62,961 nucleotides of DNA, filler included, from Neoconidiobolus thromboides FSU 785 (GCA_025603075.1; 11 parts of 11 records of this genome joined end to end with filler, not necessarily neighbours in it), one strand, 5' to 3'; shown: positions 41,640-54,144, counted from the first letter of the whole stretch. Made by a program: numbers and translations. Notes: generated from the sequence alone by a model not told the origin.

Positions 41640-41737
41640 TTAAAATAAATGAAATTGTTTAATAGCTAATGGCTGACCACCTAAAATTCTTTTTAATTTT
41701 TGACCATAATTAGTTAAATAGTAATAATCTATAATAA

Positions 41738-41774
<37 letters not shown>

Positions 41775-41990
41775 TAATGAAATATAATAAATTATTAAAT
41801 TATTATGTATATTATTTGTAGTTAATAATATTGTAGTATTATTATAATATGTTAATTGTTGATTAATTAATTTATTATTAAAATAAATTAAAGCTAAAAT
41901 ATTATTATTAATAGTCAATTCTATAGGTATTTGATAAAATTCATTAATTAATTCATTTGGTAAATCAAAATTAATAGTTGTTTTTAATAG

Positions 41991-42029
<39 letters not shown>

Positions 42030-43157
42030 GTTATTGTTATCTATTAATTCCCAATTATATGGATTAGCTATATTATTTGAATTAAATAAATAATAGTTGA
42101 TATTTAAATTTAATTGTTGTTCTTGTTGATACTGATTATTGTTATTTTGTTTTAATTTATAATCTAATAAACAATTATTATTAAATAAATAAATTAAAAT
42201 TGAATTATTCATTGTATTATCTATATTTACTTCGATCCAATTGAATTTATTCATACTAATTTCTACTATCTGTTGATTTAATAATATAATTAAATTATTA
42301 TTTAATACTTTAAATAATAAACTATTTAATTGATTTTTTAATATGTCTACTTTGATTAATATATTATTATTATTATTATTATTATTAGAATATTGAATAA
42401 TATCTTTTATTGATGTAATATCAAACAATAAATTTTCTATTGAAAAATTTAATTGTTGCTTTTGTGGTTTAACAAATATTGAATTAATTGAACTTAATTG
42501 ATTGTTTTCAATAGTAAATATAAAATCACAGTTTAAATATTGATTATTTTTAATAAATGAACTATTTAATTGATATTTGTAATATTCTGGTAATATAACA
42601 ATATTTTGTTGATTTAATGAATGATAGTTATTTTCTCTATCTATATTACTAAACCCAATAATCTCCTGTTCATTATTATAAATAGGCCATAAATTAAGTA
42701 TAGTTTGATATTCTATAAATAAAATATATAATAATTGTTCCTTATTTCTTTCATATAATGCTACCCAACCAATTCCTTGATCAAAATTTAATAAAGAAAC
42801 TTGATCTTTATCTTCCATTCGAATGTCAATACCAATAGTACCAAATGAATTTATAATGTTTTCAAATATTAATTCCCCATCAAATAAATTATCAATTGGG
42901 GAACAAATCCATAATTCATTATTGTTATTATATTTCATTATAAAATGAATTTGTTTACTATTATATTTTAATAATAAATTATTATTTGTACGATAATTGG
43001 AAAGTGAAATTAAACTATTTTTATAATTTAATTGACTAGAGATAAAATAAGATTCATGAGATTCCAATTGATTTAATTCATTATCAATATTCATTTGAAT
43101 ATCAAAATTACTTTTCATTTGTTCATTATAATTACGATAAAATGTAAATTCTAATAA

Positions 43158-43250
<93 letters not shown>

Positions 43251-44483
43251 TGTCATCCTATGATTTAATAATAAATTTTCCTCATTAATAGTAATAAAAG
43301 GTAATGGATCAATATTTGAATGAATTAATTCTAATTCAAAATTATTAATAAATAATAAACAATTTTTAAATACTAATAATTGTTCATTTAAATATATATC
43401 AAAATAATTGTCAAATAATAATTGATCCCAAATAATAGTAAATATCCCCTGAGATATACAAGTTTGTATTATTATTTTTAATATAAAGGGATCTTTAATT
43501 AATTGATTTTTAATATAAATTGATTTATTTTTAGTTGTATATTGTAAATCATCCATTTCATTTATAAACTTTTCAATATTATATTCATCAAATTCTTCAT
43601 TATTAGAACATTGATTCCCCTCTTTTTCAATTGGCTCTTTAATTGGACAAACTAAATCTATATCTTTTTTATATCTACTTAATAAATTTATACTATTGTT
43701 ACTAATAATGGGTAACATTATGTTATTATATCTAAAATAGAACATAAATCAAATAAATTATAAATATATAATAATACAATTATTTTACCTTAGAAAATTG
43801 ACTATTCCATTAATAAATACAGATTCTATTCCCATTGTATAGGATTTTTGATTTGGCCATGACATATTTAATCCAATAATACAACCCTGTTCATCAATTG
43901 TGTTAATATCTTTAATTAAATTACATAAATTACTCAGATATAATTTTAAATCTTTCAATAATTGAACATAAAATCCTGAATTCATTATATCATTCCATTC
44001 TACTTTTTTTTCATCTAACTCATAAACAATATCAATATTTTCTTTAACTAAAAACTGTATTATAATTGAAAACTTATTTTCATTTAATAATTTAATAATC
44101 TTATTAATCTTATTAAAATAATGCTCTATTGATACTTCTTTTTCATTGATACTTAATCCTTTATTTTTCCAAATCACTAAATATTCAATTACATTCAATT
44201 TCAATTGAATCATATTAACACCTAGATTTTTATATACTCTCACTTTCTTTTCTAATTTTTCTTCATTTATATCCAAATCAACTCCAATTAATATACTATT
44301 TTTTCCATTGATGATGAAGCTGGAGTCATTGGAAACAGGATGGGGATAAGTTAAGTTACCATGGGGATGAGAATATTCTTCAAATAAAAGTTGCTTTGGG
44401 TAAAATATATGATGTAATTTGAGATATAGATAGTAAAGGATAAACGAAAAGATACTTAATACTAAAACTAATTTGAATAACAT
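41640..44483 (-). CDS. Asn-rich 928-aa membrane-anchored protein, highly diverged GH35 beta-galactosidase-like; intron 43732-43788
   Basis: A 57-nt GT-AG intron joins the two ORFs in frame. N-terminal TM helix; SFIINGKNSILIG..YKNLGVNMIQL (GH35-like start of the TIM barrel); C-terminal TTINFDLP..IPIEL..ALIYFN (jelly-roll-like); poly-Asn tracts. Confidence 0.5.
43146..43246 (+). repeat. (TTA)n microsatellite encoding poly-Asn
   Basis: About 30 trinucleotide units inside the GH35-like CDS; shorter tracts at ~41745, ~41990 and ~42365, and an (AAT)n tract in the ARG7 intron. Confidence 0.9.
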
Positions 44484-44951
44484 TATTACTTATTGATGAT
44501 GGGATCTTTTTTATATATTATTCGTTATAAAGATAAAATGATATCTTTCTTTAGTTTATTAGGAATCCATTTCAGTTACGTAATATAGATATTAATGAAT
44601 TGTCAAGAGATAAATTGAGTCAATAAAATCCATTCATTTAGTTAACAAATTTATTTTAATTTGTTAATTTTTTTATTTGGAAATATCACTGCTTTTTTTA
44701 GATTACGAATCATTCATTGATCGTTTATTAAGTAACTTAAAATTTAAAAATATGGGCTAATAAAATCTTAAAAAATATTACTATAATTAATATTTTTTAC
44801 TTTATTAATAGTAACACTTTATTTTAAATGATTAATTATTTTTATTATTAAAGTTAATAAAAAAAACATTAAAGAAAGTATAACACAGTTAAAAATTAGA
44901 CATTTATATTAAAATAAAGCAAATAACTTAATGCAATATGACTGACTATAT

Positions 44952-45050
44952 GAGGATGTTTTTTGGTTTTATCACACTTTGTCATTTTTTAAGCACTATT
45001 TAAGTGAAAAGATTGTTAGTAAAATTCTTAAACAAAAAAAATACATTTTC
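44952..45050 (+). mobile_element. MITE family A copy
   Basis: ATAT/ATAT flanks. Confidence 0.75.
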
Positions 45051-45990
45051 ATATATATATGAAATGTAAATTGAGTTTTAAAATGATCTTATAAATATAA
45101 AATGAGTTGACTGTTAATAGATAGGATTAAATATTCAGTAATTAATAGAAGAATTCATTATGTGAAATCTTAACTAATATAGGAATGAACGTAAAGGGAA
45201 GTTATCTTTGAATTTCTACAATTAAACAATATTTAAAGTAACTTTAATAATTGTAATCTAATTAAATAATCTTATAATTTTCTAATATTTAAATAATAAC
45301 TAGGTTATTATAAACAAGTCATCATTATATTAATTTCATTATGACCATTATCTTTAATCTAAATAATTATTCAATGCTTAATAAGATCTATTCTACTGTT
45401 TCTTATATAAAGTATTAGTTTAAAACCGTTATTTACTTTTATAATATCAAGAGTACTAATTATATTCGATCAATAATGAAATTAAATAATAATGAAACTG
45501 ATATTGATATTAAAAAATGAATTTAATATTAAACTGTTGTTGAACCTTTATTTAAAATTATAAATCAATTAATTGATCTAAATAAAATAGATTTAAAATA
45601 AGAGCAGTATTAGAATTAATTAACATATTAAAAATAACTATAAAATTGAGTTTTAGTTTTAATTTAGTTAATAGTAAATACTAAATATATATATTAAAAA
45701 ACAGTTATTTCAAATGAAATTAAACCTGTATTTTTAATATTAATATTTATTATAAGATATTTTTTAATATTATCTTTGAATATACTATGTAGATCTTCAA
45801 ATTAAAGTTAAACTATTCTCATAAAAGATTTAAAAGCTAACTTTTTATTTAAAAAAATAGATCGGATATGAATGTAAATCAATAAATAAATCAAACTTAA
45901 TAAATATCAAAAAAAAGCTATCAATATTTAAAATTGATTCTTTATTTAATCTTACTTCAATTAATCATATAAAATAAAATAAAAAGCACA

Positions 45991-46503
45991 ATGTCAAAAC
46001 TTATCATCTTATTCTATCTCTTCTATCTATCATTAAATGGCTACATTCACACTTCAATTAATACACATAAAGGTCTATTAATCCCACGAGAAGTCAGTGG
46101 CTTAACATTTAACAAATTAGATGATAAATCCATAGAAGAACCTGGCAATGAGGATGATAATAGTGGGGAATACGATTTCAGTGTTCGAGAACTCAACAAA
46201 TATATTGAAAGAGTGGAACAAAGTAAACAAAGTCATAATCGACTAGAATTAGAACTATATGAAAAAGAAAAAGAATTATTAGCAAGTAAAAAGAAGGTAG
46301 CTTTAGCCGAAAGTATCTTAAAATATCATCAAGATAATTTAGAGAAATATCAAAAATTATTAAGTGAAAGGGAAAAAAAATATCATCATGATATGGAACA
46401 AAAGATTCAACAAAAAGTTAAGGTGGAAAAGGAATTAAGGGAGAAAAAATTATTACAATTTGAGATGGAAGAGAAAAAACGTCGATTATTAGCTGGATTG
46501 TAA
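45991..46503 (+). CDS. Hypothetical secreted coiled-coil protein
   Basis: 170-aa ATG ORF with a hydrophobic N-terminus and a long E/K-rich heptad region; no family recognised. Confidence 0.6.
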   Translation: MSKLIILFYLFYLSLNGYIHTSINTHKGLLIPREVSGLTFNKLDDKSIEEPGNEDDNSGEYDFSVRELNKYIERVEQSKQSHNRLELELYEKEKELLASKKKVALAESILKYHQDNLEKYQKLLSEREKKYHHDMEQKIQQKVKVEKELREKKLLQFEMEEKKRRLLAGL

Positions 46504-47043
46504 AGATAAGCAAATGGGATAGTTGTGTTAAGTATTTATTTAAAATAAATTGCAATTAATTTTAGAACTTTTTAGAATTTAGTTTTAATTATTTACTTAT
46601 CCTACTTAAGTTGTATTATTTCATTGCTAATAAGTTATATTTGATTGATCTGGATAAAACTAATTTTGTTTTAATTCATTTTATATAAATTAAGTTGAAA
46701 ATAAATAAATTAATATTAATATTAATATTATTTAAATTCATTAATACTAAAATTTATATAGTAATTGTTCAATTTAAATTTCATTTGTTTTTACCCTTTA
46801 ATTAGTTTAAGGCATAAAATGAAGTCAATAATCCCAAAAATAAGAGGGGAAAAGACATCAAGATAACCACAATCGAGGGGAAAAATTGAAAATGCTTTAG
46901 AAACTTTTAAAAAATCTTCATAAAGTGCATAAATTTCATTAAAAACCATAATAATAATAATAATCTAATATCAAAATAAATAGATATAAAAAGAATCTAA
47001 ATTGATATTAAAAAACCGTAACTTTATTATTCTAATTTCAATA

Positions 47044-47697
47044 ATGTTATTCAATATCAATTGTTGTCCTTTAATCTTTCTACTCCTAACTAATTTCAGT
47101 TTAAGTTTAACTACAAGTTTTGGCACAGGTTCCGGTTTAACCTTAGTCAAATTAAGTCAAATTTTTCAACCTTGTGGAGTAGAAAATAGTATAGCACCTG
47201 GAGAAAGCATCTCATGTTCAAAGGCATTACCATTGATTCAATCTGCCGCTTCGAAATACTCTTTAACCACGAATGAGCAATTAGCCTTTTACTTATCCAC
47301 CATAGCTATTGAATCAGGTAATCTTTCCTTCAATAAAAATCATTTCCCCGGACGTATAGGTCAAGGAACATACAGTATGTTAATGAGTCCTAATTTATAT
47401 GCATTCTACAAAACCGAAATCAATAACAATTCTATTCAATATAATGAAAATGATGATAATTCGAAAGCCCAATTATTAAATTATTTAAACCAAAATGAGC
47501 TCTATTTCTTACCAGGTGCTTGGTGGATTGCTAAAGGGGCTGGAGAAATTCAAAATTCTTCTTGTAATTCATTGAAAAATGATTTGGTTAATGCTGATAC
47601 TAGTAAAGTAGCTCAATTGTTTACTACTTGCTTAGGAGTCGATGGTATGTCTAGAGTTTCCGCTTATAAAAATGCTTTACAGGTCTTGAATTCCTAA
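47044..47697 (+). CDS. Secreted lysozyme/GH19-like protein
   Basis: Signal peptide; ASKYSLTTNEQLAFYLSTIAIESG (GH19-like helix with Glu), NHFPGRIGQGT, GAWW; paired Cys. In-frame ATG at 47044. Confidence 0.6.
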   Translation: MLFNINCCPLIFLLLTNFSLSLTTSFGTGSGLTLVKLSQIFQPCGVENSIAPGESISCSKALPLIQSAASKYSLTTNEQLAFYLSTIAIESGNLSFNKNHFPGRIGQGTYSMLMSPNLYAFYKTEINNNSIQYNENDDNSKAQLLNYLNQNELYFLPGAWWIAKGAGEIQNSSCNSLKNDLVNADTSKVAQLFTTCLGVDGMSRVSAYKNALQVLNS

Positions 47698-48503
47698 AAC
47701 TTTAATAAAATTGAGTTTCTGTGTTAATATTTCTTTTGTAGAGTTTATTGTTTATATTATTATTATTAAAAGTAAATGATAAAATGGATTGAATCTAAAG
47801 ATATTAGGGTTTTGATTGAATGAATTCAAATAACTGGTAGTAAATAGAGTTGGCTATATGTTTATTTGTAAAATACAGATAATAAAATATTAGCAATTTA
47901 ATGTAATTTGATATCAAAGACATCAATATTTTTTTAAATTGAACTCATAAATTAAAAATGACATTATATTATGCAGTTTGATTAAGTAAATAAAAGATAT
48001 ATTATTGTTTAATACAGGTTAATTTAGTAATAATACATAATCTTAATATAATGGGCATGTATAATATCTTTTAAGGACATAGTAATGTTTTGTCTTTTGT
48101 ATATCAAGGCATTTACTATAAATTCTGCATTAAATTTAATTTAATTTTACTTTAGCTGAGTTTAAATTGAGCCAATTGAAACTGGTTATTTTATAAATAG
48201 AACTGAAGTAATTAAAAAAGGGGAAGGAATTGAGTACAAAATTGAAAATATCAATTTGATATTTTTAATGAATATAAAATAAATATACTAAACTATTAAA
48301 ATGATTTACTAAAAATAATACAATTCAAATATAAAATGTTAAGCATTATAACTTTATTTTATTTATCCAAAAAAAATTAAAAGGATATTTTATATTTTTA
48401 TATTTTTATATTTTTATCTATATCATAGTAAAAAAGTATAGTATTTTAAAATGCTTAATGATCATATATGATGACTACAAAATTGTTTATATCATATTAA
48501 AAC

Positions 48504-50141
48504 TTACATTACCTTAATCAAATCTTCATCAAGCTCACTCAGTTTAAATTCCACACCAACACCCATAAGTGATTGGTAATAACCAACTCCTTCATCTTTC
48601 AGCTCTATTTCTTCATCACCAACATCCATAACTGATTGATAAAATTCAGCTGCCTTATCAAACCTTTTAACATGACGTAACTCTCCATTTGGATATTTAT
48701 TATTTGGGTGTTTAAGTCTACAACCAACTTTAAAACATTTGCCAGCAAAAGAACATTTTTTAAGACGATGACTAGGAAGGATCTGCTTAGGATGATATAA
48801 TTGGCAATCATAGCCAAGGCAATCTTCTTCAAGGAAACATCTTACTCCAATAATAGAATATGGGTTTAGATTAGCATACCTACGTAGCTTATGTATATAC
48901 ATACAATCAGGGAGAGTGCATGCTTCATCATACCTACAAATCATGGCTTCCTCAATAGGGTGAACAAAAAGGCATTGTCTGGTTTTATAACCTTCGCAAG
49001 TATTCCCATTTTCACATTTTTCAGTTGGATGAAAATATGTACAACTACTGTTATCACAGCCTGGAAAATTAATGCATTTGATACGTTTAATATAATTGGG
49101 TTTGTAGTGATTATAGCTTTGAAATGGGGTTGAATTCACTACTGGTATTGGCATTGGTCCTGATCCTACCATTTTTGTTTGAGATGGCAATCCTGTACTA
49201 GATTGGCTGTTAATAGGGCTAGTCGCATGGTTTTGCTTCTGTGGGTGCCTATTACGTGTAGGATAAGGGTCACTTACATTCTTTCCTAAACGAGAGAAAA
49301 CAGATGCACTTTTAATAATTGGTTGCTTACTGCCAGTTTTTTTCTGGTTATCAGCATGAGGAGACGATGGCGAGATAGGTGAATTTTTGGAAGGCGTAGG
49401 CTGTTCTATTTTAGTAGTTATCTTTGAACTAGAGCGAATGAAAGAAATCTTCTCCTTCATAGGAGTTGATTCCTTACGAGATTGAGATTGAGATTGTTGT
49501 CTGACGTGATTAGATGTTGATGACTGATCAAACGGCGTGTTTGGCCGACCATTTCTAATTGCATCGCTAGAGTCTTGATCATTAGGACTTAATGATGGTG
49601 CTTTGTTATTAGATACAAGTTTAGAAGAGCGAGTAAAGGAAAGTCCTTTACTTTGAATTACCTCTTTAATTTTTGTAGTATCAGAATGTGAGCGCCTTTG
49701 ACTTGGAGATCTTAGTTCGTTTTCATAATGTGGGTTACTGCGCTTAAATGATAATGAAGTTTTCCTTTCACTTCTATTTTCAAGAAACCTTTCAGGCACT
49801 CTGGTGTTAGAAGATGAATTAAATGATATAGGTCTTCGGCGCATGTCTGAGTCTCTATCCAAGTCCTTTCTTTCTGACACTCTGCTATCTGGAGACCTAA
49901 TATGACGATTTTCATTGCGATAGTTATTACGATTATCTAGTTGCTCCCTTTGGGGGCGGTGATCATTATTATTTTGATGTGAGCGAACCCTTGGAGTATG
50001 GGCTTCCTGCCTACGCACTAATTCTTTTTCAACAGTGGTTGTAAGGCTAGGCAAATCTTTAGGCGTTTTTATATCTTTGAAAGCTCTCAGGAGGATACGA
50101 GAGTTACGAGCGCTTTCTTTAGTATTGTTAGTTGACGACAT
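48504..50141 (-). CDS. Nab2/ZC3H14-like tandem CCCH zinc-finger protein, intronless
   Basis: Five Nab2-type fingers (CINFPGCDNSSCTYFHP, CENGNTC..CLFVHP, CRYDEACTLPDCMYIH, CFLEEDCLGYDCQLYHP, CSFAGKCFKVGCRLKHP) after an R/S-rich disordered region. Confidence 0.75.
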   Translation of the reverse strand: MSSTNNTKESARNSRILLRAFKDIKTPKDLPSLTTTVEKELVRRQEAHTPRVRSHQNNNDHRPQREQLDNRNNYRNENRHIRSPDSRVSERKDLDRDSDMRRRPISFNSSSNTRVPERFLENRSERKTSLSFKRSNPHYENELRSPSQRRSHSDTTKIKEVIQSKGLSFTRSSKLVSNNKAPSLSPNDQDSSDAIRNGRPNTPFDQSSTSNHVRQQSQSQSRKESTPMKEKISFIRSSSKITTKIEQPTPSKNSPISPSSPHADNQKKTGSKQPIIKSASVFSRLGKNVSDPYPTRNRHPQKQNHATSPINSQSSTGLPSQTKMVGSGPMPIPVVNSTPFQSYNHYKPNYIKRIKCINFPGCDNSSCTYFHPTEKCENGNTCEGYKTRQCLFVHPIEEAMICRYDEACTLPDCMYIHKLRRYANLNPYSIIGVRCFLEEDCLGYDCQLYHPKQILPSHRLKKCSFAGKCFKVGCRLKHPNNKYPNGELRHVKRFDKAAEFYQSVMDVGDEEIELKDEGVGYYQSLMGVGVEFKLSELDEDLIKVM

Positions 50142-50744
50142 TTTTGAAAAAATAAATAAATAAATGGCTAGTTTCCCCCCTTTTTATAGTTGAACTGTAT
50201 CACTAAGTGAATGGTTAATGATTCATGAATTATAGTCCAATCACATTGAGATTATCCTTTTTTGAGGCTAAACACTGGAGGCTGGTAAGGGATTTTGAAT
50301 CTGATTTAATTTCTAATCACAAAGTTACTTTTATGCAGTAGAACTTCACGGTTAGCCAATCAGAGTTAAAATATATAGCAAAGCTTAGCCCTTGTCATAA
50401 GTTGATCTAGATTGGCTTAAAAAAATGAGTAGGAGTAATAGTAGTTTATTTTCAACACAAACTATGACTATGACATTAAGTCAATTTTATTAACACTATT
50501 ATAATTTAAAATTACGATTTGTAGTCTGTAATTTTTTATCAATATTAGCTATAGCATCTAATTGTAATTATTGAATTTAAATTTAAAATAGTTAGCATTA
50601 TAACATAACTATGGTAGATTATTTATAATAAAATGTGCAAAAATTTTATTAAAAAATCAAAAATAGGTTCTAATTTTTATTTATTTCTTGATGATTAAGC
50701 ATATTAAATAGTTTATTATATTGTCTCCTATTTATTCAATATAT

Positions 50745-50837
50745 GGGGATATATTTTTTTGTTTAAGAATTTTACTAACAATCTTTCCAATTAAATAGCA
50801 CTTAATATAAAAGTAATGGAATCAAAAAAACATCCCC
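50745..50837 (-). mobile_element. MITE family A copy
   Basis: ATAT/ATAT flanks. Confidence 0.75.
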
Positions 50838-51063
50838 ATATCAATTTCTTAAGTTTACCTTTGTATACTATTTTGCGAAAAATCGCTTTTGTATATTAAA
50901 AATCATACTTTAAAGTAACATAAATAACATCTTATCTTTGGTGTCTTACTGACACATCTCTTATTCAAAATCATTTAGTTACTAACATTTTTTAAAATTC
51001 TACAAAAAAAGGCTTTGCATCTTAAACTTTATTATTTAAGATTGCATTTTCAAAAAAAAAAAT

Positions 51064-51589
51064 TTAATCTTCTTTTAGTCTATTATCCATACTGTTTTTT
51101 GTAGCAGCAAAAGAGAGTAAATAGGATACAAAACAGCTCAATGAATACAGACTGGCTAAAATTAGTAAAAGTGTAACAAAATAAAGATCAATTCCATTGG
51201 CTTTTATGACCCCCATCTCTTCACTGATTGGTATCAGATGTCTAATTTCACATGGTAGGTTTCCATCACTGGAAACATACGGCTCAAATAATCTACAAGC
51301 TTTTGCTGTATATGCATGTTGTTCAAACAGATCCGCAGCTGAATTTTTTTTCTTACTATTATGATGGACAATTGTTTTCATCCTAATTATATTACTTTGA
51401 ATCTGATTATCTTTATCTTCGATCACAGCTTCTATCTGATCTAATAAGCTTTGGGGCGTAAAAGTATCCAAATCGACAAACTGTCCAACCCCCATCTCTT
51501 CTATCTTACGTCCATTTCGAAACTGATCTCCAAATAGAGCTAGGCATAGAATCGGAGTACCTGCAAGTAATGATTCAAAAGTAGACTCA
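51064..51589 (-). CDS. UDP-glycosyltransferase (GT1), second copy, C-terminal fragment
   Basis: Near-identical inverted copy of 33616-~34005 with a different TM tail. Confidence 0.8.
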
Positions 51590-51787
51590 NNNNNNNNNNN
51601 NNNNNNNNNNNNNNNNNNNNNNNNNNNNNNNNNTTAATTAATTAANNNNNNNNNNNNNNNNNNNNNNNNNNNNNNNNNNNNNNNNNNNNATAAAAATCGT
51701 ATCTTTATTTTATATCAAATTAATTTATTATTGCTTGTTTTAGTATTATCAAGACTAGATATATTATAAAAAGAATTTGTACTAAAT

Positions 51788-51886
51788 GGGAATGTATTTT
51801 TGTGTTTAAGAATTTCACTAACAAATTTTCCGCTTAAATAGCGCTTAAAAGATGGAAAAAATGCTCAAGCTAAAAAAAACATCCCC
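51788..51886 (-). mobile_element. MITE family A copy
   Basis: AAAT/AAAT direct flanks. Confidence 0.8.
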
Positions 51887-52680
51887 AAATAATCACTGTA
51901 GTACATTACCTTATCAATGAAGTAAAGTGCTTCTGATTAAATGTCTTTTGCTTCAAACTTTGCAACATTATTGTTTGTAAAATAATTTTGAAAAACCAGG
52001 TGTATTATAACATTTTGATTTATACTTCTAGGCTAATTATTTTGCTCTAAATTTATTTACTATAATTCTTTATTAATCTCCTAATATCAAAATTTGATAA
52101 TTAAATCATAATACTTAAGCGTAATTTAAGTTGCATTTGTAAACATTAATATCCCAGAAAATAAAATTTCCAAGAAAAAGTAGTTTAAAATATTATACAT
52201 ATAGCTCAGATTGGACTTATTTAAAGCTATAAGGAAAATTTTAGCTACGGATTCCTTTGGTCCTGGATCTTCTGTCGTTTCAAATGTTTTATCTTTACTA
52301 ACTTAGTTGTTATAGATTTTAACTATTGTCTTAAGCATGTAATTCAAAATTTTTTTTACATACTTTTGCTGTAAATTTATGTAAAACAAACTGACAAAGT
52401 TAAAATGAGAATCCTGTATGAATTACTGAAAAAATTAAAAATAGAAAAAATAGCAATACTCAAATAAACAATAGCTTTTGAAAAGCTATATCAAGATAAA
52501 AACAGTTGTATCATATATTGGCTCTTCTAAAGATTTATGTATTATAAACTACCAGTAAACATTAGAAAATTATTTCATTGCTTAAAGAAGCATAATAAAT
52601 CTTCAATATAAATTCTGACAAAAACTGTTCAGTAAGTAATAAAAGCATCATTTTTATTAAAAACTATTATCGAAGAAAAA

Positions 52681-52751
52681 TGCAATGTCCGGGAATCGAA
52701 CCCGGGGCTGCCGCGTGGCAGGCGGCAATTTTACCACTAAACCAACATTGC
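52681..52751 (-). tRNA. tRNA-Gly (GCC)
   Basis: Reverse complement GCAATGT..GCCGC-CT-GCC-AC-GCGGC..CCGGG-TTCGATT-CCCGG-ACATTGC-A. Confidence 0.95.
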
Positions 52752-52992
52752 ATGTACATCTGCTTTAAAATAAATATATAATAATAATATATTTTTATCA
52801 CAACTAAAGGTCAACCAAAAAGATGTGATTTAGATAATTATCATCTTACTAATACTCATGAAATGAAAAATATTTTACTTTAAGATTATACTATAAGTTA
52901 TCATTGATTTGAAATAATATGTTAACTGATTTTTATAAAAATTTATTTGAATTTGTATAAAATAATAGCATATATATTATTACTATCGTAGT

Positions 52993-53695
52993 TCAGGCTG
53001 CATATGGATCATTATCTGGATCAGCATTATATTTATACTCTATCGCGGCTGTATAAATTTTAGAAAATGCGTTACCATTAACTAAAGAAAGTATATATGC
53101 AGCTGTGTCGATCCCAGAAGCAGTGCCACTTGAGGTAATATATTTTTTGTTATGCACCCAACGAGCTTTATGGATCCATTTAACATCAGGGTAATTAGGC
53201 GTATATTTAGAATAGGCCGCTTTATTAGTGGTTGCGTATATATTATCAATCAAACCAGTCTTAGCTAATATAAAGGAACCAGTGCATGTGGTAAATACCA
53301 CTTTAGACTTATTACAAAGTTGTTTATAGTTACTTATAAACTTGCTGTTGTCCAGCATTTTCGATATAGCTGTGCCTGTGCCTGGTAGTACTAGTATATC
53401 AAACTCCTGCTGGATTGCTTCTTCCATACTTAATTTCGTATTTAGTGATAAAGTATTACGCTTTGAACCAACAGTTCCATTGCTATTTTCACCAATAGTT
53501 ACAATGTCAAATATATAGTCGTTACCAATAAATATATCTGCAGATCCTATCAAGTCTAATGTAGAAAATTCAGGATATACTACTAAACCCACTCTATATC
53601 TTAAGAGTCTTGGAAAGTAGGGATCGATGATGTTTTTGAACCGTTTTTGTTTACATAAAATGTAGTTGAAGTTGAGTAATAAGAAAATGAATGTG
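52993..53695 (-). CDS. DJ-1/PfpI-family protein (InhA/ThiJ-like), probably secreted; start lies in the gap
   Basis: LVVYPEFSTLD, FDILVLPG, TTCTGS (nucleophile Cys), TSSGTASGID. The frame is open upstream to the gap through TFIFLLLNFNYILC. Confidence 0.85.
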
Positions 53696-53795
53696 NNNNN
53701 NNNNNNNNNNNNNNNNNNNNNNNNNNNNNNNNNNNNNNNTTAATTAATTAANNNNNNNNNNNNNNNNNNNNNNNNNNNNNNNNNNNNNNNNNNNN

Positions 53796-53890
53796 TCTTA
53801 GTCACATAAATCAAGACCTTTCGACTTACAGTATAGTCAACTAGGCAATAAGTGTTTTTGACTCCAATCACTGAGTACCAGATTTCACAT
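53796..53890 (-). repeat. Repeat D, inverted copy at the segment start
   Basis: Exact 95-nt reverse complement of 54838-54932. Confidence 0.8.
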
Positions 53891-54144
53891 AGTCATATAT
53901 AGTATATAAATCCATTTTTCTTGCTATCTTTTTTAAAATATTTAGTATATATTTAAAAAAATATTAACCTAATTACTACTTTGTCTTTCAAATCACCAAA
54001 ACATTTACTATATACCATTTTTTTTACTTTTATTTGATAATATTATCTGATAAATATTTATCATTATTGAATCTTAATACAATAGTCGAGTTATTAAACA
54101 AATATTGTATAATAATTTTAGTTTGCTATTTTTAATTTATATAT

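Noticed and set aside
24573-49915. ORFs 24573-24773, 32053-32238, 40849-41061, 48605-48832, 48891-49133 and 49712-49915
   Set aside because: Antisense or alternate-frame shadows of well-supported genes.
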